Positions 56,947-64,000 of a stretch of DNA of 64,000 bases are shown in pieces; positions within the stretch are counted from its first letter, which is position 1; each line of letters starts with the position of its first letter. The DNA comes from an uncultured Gemmatimonadales bacterium (GTDB lineage: Bacteria > Gemmatimonadota > Gemmatimonadetes > Longimicrobiales > RSA9). The notes under the pieces are model-generated. The model was not told the DNA's origin, did no database searches, and saw only the letters and a program-made list of their open reading frames with translations. A program made the position numbers and the translations under genes. The DNA lies in contig CAWAMW010000007.1 of the NCBI GenBank assembly GCA_963783305.1, positions 416,001-480,000 of the forward strand. The letters are read 5' to 3'.

Positions 56947-59900
56947 GTGGAACCCATCGCCTCGTTCAGCGGCATCGCCAGCGGCGTGCAGTGGCGCGAC
57001 ATGATCGACCAGATTCTCCAGGTCGAGCGTCGCCCCGCACGTCTGCTGGAGCAACAGATCACCCGGACCCAGACGCGCTCCGCGGCCTGGCTCTCGTTCC
57101 AGACCAAGCTGACCGCGTTCCAGGACGCGACGACGCAGCTGGCGGACGGCTCGGTATTCGACACCTTTTCCACCAGCATCTCGGGGAGTGGCTTCAAGGC
57201 CAGCGCTTCCGGCGACGCCTCGCCCGGGTCGTATTCGGTCGAGGTGCTGAAACTGGCGAAGGCCGAAAAGCTCGGCGGCGGCATTGTATCATCGAAGTCC
57301 TCCGCCCTCGGCCTCTCTGGCGAGTTCTGGCTGAACGGGTCGCGGATCGCCATCGACCCGGCAGACACCCTGAGCGACATCGCGTATACCATCAACGCCG
57401 CGAACACCGGAACGAACGCCACGCGCGTCTCCGCGGGCGTCGTGAGCGCGGGCGGCGGGTACCAGATGGTCCTGTCGAGCGAACGCACCGGGGCGGCGGG
57501 GATCGACCTCGCCGGGGATCCCGCGCTGCTCGCCGGCCTCGGCCTCACCGACAGCCAGACCTCCATCAAGCATGCGACGTCCGACGGCGCACAGAGCGAC
57601 GGGTTCGCCAGCACGACCACGGCGATCGGCACGCTCCTCGGCATGACCGCGCCCCCTGCATCGGCCACGATCAACCTTGGCGGCGCGGGCGGGATCGACA
57701 TCGACGTCGACCTGGCGCAGGACAGCCTGGAGGACATCAGCGGTAAGATAAACGGCGCCGGCGGGAGCATCTCGGCGGCGATCATCTCCGAGACCGTCGA
57801 CGGAAAGACGGTCCAGCGGCTGGACATCAGCGGGACCACCACCTTTACCGGCAGCGCCGAGATCCTCACCACGCTCGGTCTCCTGGAGGGCGGCCGCGGC
57901 GCTGTGGCCCAGGAGGTCCAGTCCGGGACGGCGTTCGAGACCGCCACCGGCCTTGCGGACGGCACCACGGCAATTCGCGACCTCTACAGGGCAGGCCAGC
58001 CCGCCAACGCCGACTACGGCGACACGTTCACCATCAGCGGGACCCGGGCGGACGGTAGCACGTTCTCCATGGACCTGGAGCTGACGGACGGGACCACACC
58101 GCCCACACAGGCCGGTCACATCGCCGTCACCACGCTCGAGGACGTGCGTGCGCACCTCGCCGGCGCCAGCGGCTTCGGCGCCAGCGCCGACGTGTCGATC
58201 CAGGACGGGCGGCTCGTGGTCACCGACAGCGCGGGCGGCGCCAGCCAGCTCGGACTCTCCATCGTGTCTCACAACGAAAAGGGCGGCGCGCTCGATTTCG
58301 GCGCGTTCGACGTGACCACCGTCGGCCGCGCGCGCGAGATCGTGGACGGGAGCGATGCCGCCGTTCGGATCGACGGCATCTACTCCACGCACTCCACGAA
58401 CAGCGTCTCCGGCTCGATCCCCGGCGTCAGCCTAACATTGTCGGCGGTAACGACGGAGCCGGGCGCGGTCACCATTTCGCGGGACACCGACGCCGTCGTC
58501 AAGGCGGTGAAGGGGCTGGTGGATGGCTACAACGACATCGCCGCTTTCGTCACCGACCAGTTCAGCGGGGGCGAGGGCTCGAACAAGCCGCTGTCGGGCG
58601 ACAGCAGCCTCCGGGGGTTTCGCAGCCGCCTGTCGAACGCCATGCGGGAGACGCTGACCACGGGTGTTGGCGGAGAGTGGTCGCGGCTGTCGGACCTGGG
58701 CGTGGAGATCAAGAAGGATGGCACGTTCGGGTTCGAGGAGTCGAAGCTGCGGGACGCGCTGGCGAGCGACCCGATGGCCGTCGAGCGGCTGTTCGGCGTG
58801 CACGGCGCCACCAGCGGTACCGGGATCCGGTACATCGCTGGCTCCAAAAGCACTGGCTCCGGGAGCTACACGGTGAACGTCACGCAGCACGCCACCACTG
58901 CACTCCTGACCGGCACCGCCGACGTCTCCGGTGGCTACGACCCCGCGGTCTCCGGCACGGACACGTTGAAGATCACAGACCTCGCCAGCGGGAAGACCTA
59001 CGATGTGGCCCTGGACACCGCGTATGGCACCGGACAGGAGCTGGTGAACGCCCTCAACGCCAGCCTGGGCGAGGTAACGACGCACCAGCTCCAGACCGTG
59101 TCGGCGCTACACGCCGACGGTATCGGGACGCCCGCGGGCGAGGACACCACCTGGGACCAGGTCTACAACGGCGACGGGACCGACGCGCTGGTAGCAGAAG
59201 ACGACGCGATCACCATCAGCGGTCGCCGCCCCGACGGCACCTCGTTCATGGAGACGTTCCAGATCACGGAGCCGACCACGCAGACGCTGGGTGATCTGCG
59301 CGACCGGGTCCAGAACCTGGTCGGCGCGGATGCCACGGTCGGGATCGACGCGAATGGCCGGTTCCTGGTCACGGCGAACAAGGCGGGGTCGAGCCTGCTG
59401 GAGCTCACCCTCAGCTACGACAACAAGGGCGGCACCGGCGCGCTCCAGCTCGGCACGGAGGTAGCCACGGAGGGACACCCGGCAGCGCCGATCCAGGCGT
59501 CGCTGTCTGCGACGAACACGCTCCAGCTGACCCACCAGGACTACGGCTCTTCCGCCGGACTACGCGTCGCCTTCGACACCGGGAACGCCGCCGCCGCATT
59601 CGGGCTCGACACCACCCTCGACCATACGGGGCAGGACATCGAGGGCACCATCGGCGGCATGGCCACCACCGGCTCAGGCAGTGTATTGACCGGCGCGGAG
59701 GGCACCGGCGTGGAGGGGCTCATGCTCAGGATCGAGGACACCTTCACGACCGGATCCGTCACGTTCAGCCGCGGCATCGGCTCACTGGTGGAGAGGGCCC
59801 TGGCGCCCATGCTCGAGACCGGCACCGCGGGCTCCATCCAGAGCATCATCGACGGCCTCGACGAGCGGGTGACCACCATGAACGACCGCATCGACGCCCT

Positions 59901-60048
59901 CGATGTCCGCCTCGACCGGCGTCGCGAGAGCCTGATCCGTCGATTCACGGCCATGGAGCAGGCCATGGCCATCGCGCAGAACCAGTCGTCCTGGCTCATG
60001 TCCCAGATCGGATCGCTGCCAGGGTCGTACTCAAGTAACGCGAAGTAG
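56947..60048 (+). CDS. fliD: Flagellar filament cap FliD (very large, 1033 aa)
   Basis: SGIASG..MIDQIL..ERRP, YSVEVLKLAKA, IPGVSLTL, LSDLGV and RRFTAME motifs. Confidence 0.92.
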   Translation: MEPIASFSGIASGVQWRDMIDQILQVERRPARLLEQQITRTQTRSAAWLSFQTKLTAFQDATTQLADGSVFDTFSTSISGSGFKASASGDASPGSYSVEVLKLAKAEKLGGGIVSSKSSALGLSGEFWLNGSRIAIDPADTLSDIAYTINAANTGTNATRVSAGVVSAGGGYQMVLSSERTGAAGIDLAGDPALLAGLGLTDSQTSIKHATSDGAQSDGFASTTTAIGTLLGMTAPPASATINLGGAGGIDIDVDLAQDSLEDISGKINGAGGSISAAIISETVDGKTVQRLDISGTTTFTGSAEILTTLGLLEGGRGAVAQEVQSGTAFETATGLADGTTAIRDLYRAGQPANADYGDTFTISGTRADGSTFSMDLELTDGTTPPTQAGHIAVTTLEDVRAHLAGASGFGASADVSIQDGRLVVTDSAGGASQLGLSIVSHNEKGGALDFGAFDVTTVGRAREIVDGSDAAVRIDGIYSTHSTNSVSGSIPGVSLTLSAVTTEPGAVTISRDTDAVVKAVKGLVDGYNDIAAFVTDQFSGGEGSNKPLSGDSSLRGFRSRLSNAMRETLTTGVGGEWSRLSDLGVEIKKDGTFGFEESKLRDALASDPMAVERLFGVHGATSGTGIRYIAGSKSTGSGSYTVNVTQHATTALLTGTADVSGGYDPAVSGTDTLKITDLASGKTYDVALDTAYGTGQELVNALNASLGEVTTHQLQTVSALHADGIGTPAGEDTTWDQVYNGDGTDALVAEDDAITISGRRPDGTSFMETFQITEPTTQTLGDLRDRVQNLVGADATVGIDANGRFLVTANKAGSSLLELTLSYDNKGGTGALQLGTEVATEGHPAAPIQASLSATNTLQLTHQDYGSSAGLRVAFDTGNAAAAFGLDTTLDHTGQDIEGTIGGMATTGSGSVLTGAEGTGVEGLMLRIEDTFTTGSVTFSRGIGSLVERALAPMLETGTAGSIQSIIDGLDERVTTMNDRIDALDVRLDRRRESLIRRFTAMEQAMAIAQNQSSWLMSQIGSLPGSYSSNAK

Positions 60049-60090
60049 CGCCGATATCTGATGCAGGATGGACCACCACGGAGCGGACTG

Positions 60091-60486
60091 ATGTATACCC
60101 AGCAGCGACAGACGGCCTATCAGGACAACGAAGTGCTCGGAGCGAGCAGGGAGCGCCTCGTGCCCATGCTCTACGAAGGGCTCCTGAAGAACCTGCGGAA
60201 GGCCGGCAAGCAGATCGGCGTTGGTGACCTGGAGGGGAAGTCCGAGAGCCTCCAGAAAGCCTCCGCCATCGTCTACGAGCTCCTGAGTTCCCTCGATTTC
60301 GATGCGGGCGGTGAGCTGGCCTCGCGCCTCGCCGGCCTGTACGGCTATTTCGCCCGTGAGATCATGGAAGTCGGTCGCACCCTCGACCGGATCCGACTCG
60401 ACGGTCTGGTGGAGATGATCGACGGGCTGCACCAGGCGTGGGATGAGGCGGCGAAGAAGGTCGCTGCCGGCGAGCGGGCCTCGTGA
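60091..60486 (+). CDS. fliS: Flagellin chaperone FliS
   Basis: AYQ..V..AS..LV.MLYEG, L..SLD..GGELA..L..LY and LHQAW motifs. Confidence 0.93.
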   Translation: MYTQQRQTAYQDNEVLGASRERLVPMLYEGLLKNLRKAGKQIGVGDLEGKSESLQKASAIVYELLSSLDFDAGGELASRLAGLYGYFAREIMEVGRTLDRIRLDGLVEMIDGLHQAWDEAAKKVAAGERAS

Positions 60487-60869
60487 TCCAGGACGCCAGC
60501 CCGCGGCTCGATGCATGGGACCGGTACGCTCGCGTCCTCGCGGGTCAGATCGCGGCGCTCGAGGGCGCCGAGCCGGACCTGGAGCGTTTCCACCAGCTGG
60601 CCCGGGAGCGTGCGCAGCTGGCCCGCGAGATCGACCAGCTCGGACGCGCGGAGCAGGAGGATCCGGCCTCGGCCGGTGTCGTCGCTCGGATCCGTGACCG
60701 GCTGGAGGACTGCCGCGTTTCTGATCGAGCCGTCCTGGACCGCATCGCCGAGCTCCGGGGCGAGACGCAGGAGGCTGTCGGGGAGATGCGCGCCCGCAGC
60801 GCGGGCCGTCGCGGCTACACCCGCGTCGGCGCCGAGAGCGGTGGTCAGCGCGTGGACGTCAGATCGTGA
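60483..60869 (+). CDS. FliT-like helical chaperone (hypothetical)
   Basis: Overlaps the fliS stop; helical, with Tyr near the C-terminus; occupies the usual fliT position. Confidence 0.55.
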   Translation: MIQDASPRLDAWDRYARVLAGQIAALEGAEPDLERFHQLARERAQLAREIDQLGRAEQEDPASAGVVARIRDRLEDCRVSDRAVLDRIAELRGETQEAVGEMRARSAGRRGYTRVGAESGGQRVDVRS

Positions 60870-60893
60870 GACACTCGTTGAACCGCCGGACGC

Positions 60894-60920
60894 TAAAGTT
60901 TTTTTCACACGTGCCGAAAC
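60894..60920 (+). promoter_or_regulatory. Sigma28 promoter of flgM-cheY-cheZ
   Basis: TAAAG-N14-GCCGAAAC. Confidence 0.8.
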
Positions 60921-60945
60921 CTCCAGTACACAGGAGGAGGAAACC

Positions 60946-61227
60946 ATGATCGGACCAATCGACAACAAGCCCATTCGCCTCGACCGGACCAGCGCGCCCG
61001 GAGCCGCGGGCGAGGATGACAGGAAGGCGCAGGGTCGGCCGCGGCAGACCGACCGCGTCGAGATCTCCGCGGAGGCCCGGCAGCGGGCGGCGGAGAGCCA
61101 GACCGTGAGCGGTCTTTCGCCCGAGCGTGTCGCAGAGATCAAGGACAGGCTCGCCGACGGCAGCTACGGCTCCACCGAGGTGCTCGAGACCATCGCACAT
61201 CGCATGATCGAGCAGGGAGACGTCTGA
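60946..61227 (+). CDS. flgM: Anti-sigma28 factor FlgM
   Basis: DRVEISAEAR and ERVAEIKDRLADGSY..IAHRM motifs; strong SD. Confidence 0.9.
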   Translation: MIGPIDNKPIRLDRTSAPGAAGEDDRKAQGRPRQTDRVEISAEARQRAAESQTVSGLSPERVAEIKDRLADGSYGSTEVLETIAHRMIEQGDV

Positions 61228-61230
61228 GCC

Positions 61231-61611
61231 ATGAAATTCCTGATCGTGGACGACTCGGCCACCATGCGCCGCATCGTCTCCAACTCGCTCAGCCGCATCG
61301 GATACTCCGCGTTCGTGGAAGCCGAGGACGGCGTCCAGGCGCTGAACGTGTTCGACGGGACGATCGAGTTCGTCATCACCGACTGGAACATGCCCAACAT
61401 GGGCGGTCTGGACCTGGTCAAGCAGATCCGGGCGCGGCCGGACGGCAAGTCGGTACCGATCCTCATGGTCACCACCCGGAGCATCCGGGAGGACATCGTC
61501 ACCGCCGCACAGGCCGGTGTGAACAATTACGTGGTGAAGCCCTTCACCCCGGACGTGCTCAAGGAGAAGATCGATCAGATCCTGGGCGCGGCCGCGGGCG
61601 CGGCGGCGTGA
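61231..61611 (+). CDS. cheY: Chemotaxis response regulator CheY
   Basis: LIVDDSATMRRIV, TDWNMPNM and AGVNNYVVKPFT motifs. Confidence 0.93.
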   Translation: MKFLIVDDSATMRRIVSNSLSRIGYSAFVEAEDGVQALNVFDGTIEFVITDWNMPNMGGLDLVKQIRARPDGKSVPILMVTTRSIREDIVTAAQAGVNNYVVKPFTPDVLKEKIDQILGAAAGAAA

Positions 61612-61627
61612 CCGGAGGGAGGCGATC

Positions 61628-62314
61628 ATGGGCGGCCTGTCCCAGGAGCAGCTGCAGGACTCCGAGGCGACCCTTCGCCTCGTGGACGACCTCGTCGCCG
61701 AGCTCGGCCGCAAGCCGGACGAGGACCGGCTCGATGTCGGCGTGATCCGCATGCTCGACCGCCTGGCCGAGCGGCGCAGCGAGGTCCAGGGCGTCGAGGG
61801 GCTCCTCGTCCGCATGTACGCCGAGCTCCAGCGGATCCTCTACAGCGTGCGCAAGAGCCGCGGCCTCCTCGAGGAAGCCGCCATCGGCCACCTGGAGAGC
61901 ACCACCGCCAAGCTGAAGGAAGTCTCCTCCGCCACCGAGTTCGCCGCCAGCAGCATGCTCGATGGCGTGGACCGCGCCCTCGAGCTCGTGGACCACGTCC
62001 AGGCCGCGCCCGACGACGGCGCCGCCTTCGACTCGCTCCGCGACGAGCTCCACTCGCTCGTCATTGCGCTCCAGTTCCAGGACATCACGTCCCAGCAGCT
62101 CGAACACGCGTCCGCCATCATCGCCGACCTCGAGCACCAGCTCCGCCGGGTGACCCAGGTCTTCGCCATGACCGTGCTCCGCGAGGTCGACGAAGAAGAC
62201 GAGGCCGACACGCTCTGCTTCCGGACGCCCATCGGCGCATTCGATCCCGCCGCGTCCACCAGTGACGCCGCGCAGCGTCAGGCCGTCGCAGACGACATCT
62301 TCGGCCTGGGATGA
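61628..62314 (+). CDS. cheZ: CheZ-like phosphatase
   Basis: KLKEVSSATEFAA..LD and LQFQDITSQQL (DxxxQ); C-terminal QAVADDIF; follows cheY. Confidence 0.75.
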   Translation: MGGLSQEQLQDSEATLRLVDDLVAELGRKPDEDRLDVGVIRMLDRLAERRSEVQGVEGLLVRMYAELQRILYSVRKSRGLLEEAAIGHLESTTAKLKEVSSATEFAASSMLDGVDRALELVDHVQAAPDDGAAFDSLRDELHSLVIALQFQDITSQQLEHASAIIADLEHQLRRVTQVFAMTVLREVDEEDEADTLCFRTPIGAFDPAASTSDAAQRQAVADDIFGLG

Positions 62315-62398
62315 CCCCACCGCGGGCGTCCCTTGCCCGCCGCTCCACTCCGCCGTAGCCTCCGCTGGCCCACCCCGTCCAGCCAACGCCGAGGCCCC

Positions 62399-63556
62399 AT
62401 GCTCGACTGCCAGGCCCACCACTTCTCGCTCCCCCCGGACGTCCACTACCTGAACGGCGCTTACATGTCGCCGCTCCTCCGCGCCGTGGAGGACGCCGGG
62501 ATCGAGGCCGTACGCGCCCGGCGGTTTCCCATCGACATCGAGCCCCGCCACTTCTTCGAGGGCGCCGACACCGCACGATCCCGCTTCGCTCGCCTCATCC
62601 AGGCCGACGATCCCGCCCGCGTGGCGCTCCTGCCCGCCGCGTCCTACGGCATCGCTGTCGCCGCCCGGAACACCCCCATCCACCCGGGCCAGAACGTGGT
62701 TCTGACGGAAGGGCAGTTCCCGAGCAACGCCCTCGTCTGGCGCCGCCTCGCCGCCGAGGCCGGGGGCCACGTCCGGACCGTGACCTCGCCGCAGCAGACC
62801 CGCGGCCGCGGACGCGCCTGGTCCGACCGCGTCCTCGACGCCATCGACGCCGACACCGCCGCCGTCGCCCTGGCGCCCGTCCACTGGACCGACGGCAGTC
62901 GCTTCGATCTCCACTCCATCGGGGAACGCGCCCGCCACGTCGGCGCCGCCTTCGTCATCGACGGTACCCAGGCCGTCGGTGCCATGCCGTTCGACATCGG
63001 TCGCACCGGCGCGGACGCCCTCATCTGCGCCGCCTACAAGTGGCTCCTCGGCCCGTACTCCATGGCCTTCGGCTGGTTCGGGCCGCGCTATGACGGCGGC
63101 ACGCCCCTGGAGGAAGCCTGGCTCGCCCGCAAGGGCAGCGACGACTTCAGGAACCTCGTCGACTACGTGGAGGACTACCGGCCGGCCGCCGCCCGCTACG
63201 ACGTGGGCGGCCGCAGCAACTTCACCCTCGTCCCCATGGCCACCGCCGCCCTCGACCAGCTCCTCGAGTGGGGACCCGCTGCCATCGAGGACTACTGCCG
63301 TCACCTCACCCGCGACCTCTTCGAGCGCCTCGCCGAACGCGGGTTCCAGGCCGACGACGAAGACGGCCGCGCCGCTCACCTCTTCGGGATCCGCGCCCCC
63401 GCACACCTCGATACCGCCACCCTCAAGGCCGAGCTGGACCGCCGCGCCATCTACGTATCGCTCCGAGGCGCCGCCATTCGCGTCTCTCCCAACGTCTACA
63501 ATACCCCCGCCGACATCACCGCTCTCGGCGACGCGATCATCGAGGCCGCAGGCTGA
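62399..63556 (+). CDS. Aminotransferase class V, PLP-dependent
   Basis: YLNGAYMSP, IDGTQAVGA, AYKWLLGP and IRVSPNVYN motifs. Confidence 0.9.
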   Translation: MLDCQAHHFSLPPDVHYLNGAYMSPLLRAVEDAGIEAVRARRFPIDIEPRHFFEGADTARSRFARLIQADDPARVALLPAASYGIAVAARNTPIHPGQNVVLTEGQFPSNALVWRRLAAEAGGHVRTVTSPQQTRGRGRAWSDRVLDAIDADTAAVALAPVHWTDGSRFDLHSIGERARHVGAAFVIDGTQAVGAMPFDIGRTGADALICAAYKWLLGPYSMAFGWFGPRYDGGTPLEEAWLARKGSDDFRNLVDYVEDYRPAAARYDVGGRSNFTLVPMATAALDQLLEWGPAAIEDYCRHLTRDLFERLAERGFQADDEDGRAAHLFGIRAPAHLDTATLKAELDRRAIYVSLRGAAIRVSPNVYNTPADITALGDAIIEAAG

Positions 63557-63622
63557 CCGACGCCGCCGTCGCCGGGGTGCCGCACCCTTTACGCCCCCCG
63601 TCCTTGTCGCGAGCTTACCCCC

Positions 63623-64000
63623 ATGAGATACCACGTGCTTATCGCCCTCGCGGCGACCGTCATGATCGGCTGCGGGCAGGCGCCCGAAGACGCCCGCGCC
63701 GCGGGAGAATCCAGGCCCGAGGCCGGGAGCGAGCGGCTGGCGCTGGCAGCGTCGTCCGACGCGGATTTCGTCGTCTACAAGTCGCCCACGTGCGGATGCT
63801 GCAACGGCTGGATCGACCACCTGCGGGAGGCCGGGTACACGGTCGAGGCGGTGGACATCCCGGGCTACCAGGACCTGCAGGACCGCAAGCGCGCCGAGGG
63901 CGTGCCGGGGGACCTGGGCTCCTGCCACACCGCCACCATCGAGGGCTACACCATCGAGGGGCACGTGCCGGCAGAAAGCATCGAGCGGCTGCTCCGCGAG
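63623..64000 (+). CDS. DUF411 family metal-binding lipoprotein, runs off the window end
   Basis: Manual translation: lipobox MIG-C, VYKSPTCGCC..WIDHL, SCHTA and IEGHVPA. Confidence 0.88.
   Translation, partial: MRYHVLIALAATVMIGCGQAPEDARAAGESRPEAGSERLALAASSDADFVVYKSPTCGCCNGWIDHLREAGYTVEAVDIPGYQDLQDRKRAEGVPGDLGSCHTATIEGYTIEGHVPAESIERLLRE

Noticed and set aside
61559..63964. 801-aa minus-strand ORF
   Set aside because: Antisense shadow of the cheZ-like, aminotransferase and DUF411 genes; high-GC codon bias suppresses stops; no motifs.

Overview
This is high-GC bacterial DNA. Gene content suggests a diderm non-proteobacterium, possibly Gemmatimonadota (inference only). About 57 kb (5.3-62.3 kb) is one contiguous motility supercluster. 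It holds a chemotaxis block (cheA, cheW, two MCPs, hybrid kinase, OmpR-type regulator, cheW-like, cheR, cheD, cheY, cheX, cheB) and a divergent flgL-fliW pair. A sigma54 activator precedes a near-complete flagellar set (flgB to flgK, csrA, motAB, EAL-HDOD, fliC, fliD, fliS, fliT-like, flgM, cheY, cheZ-like), with a VapBC module between fliC and fliD. Housekeeping genes flank the cluster. Ten sigma28-type and two sigma54-type promoters are readable in the sequence. The most notable feature is the gene in the fliK position, which fuses an intact M15-family peptidoglycan endopeptidase domain to a FliK C-terminal domain, while FlgJ lacks its muramidase. Also unusual are a GGA-rich tandem array with terminator (candidate CsrA sponge), a FliO-FliP fusion with an internal signal peptide, and an extracytoplasmic CZB chemoreceptor. 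Further oddities are a degenerate FlhG, a lipobox-less FlgH, a 1033-aa FliD and a locally scrambled fliC. No rRNA, tRNA, CRISPR or transposase was seen. No database searches were run; all calls come from motif recognition.
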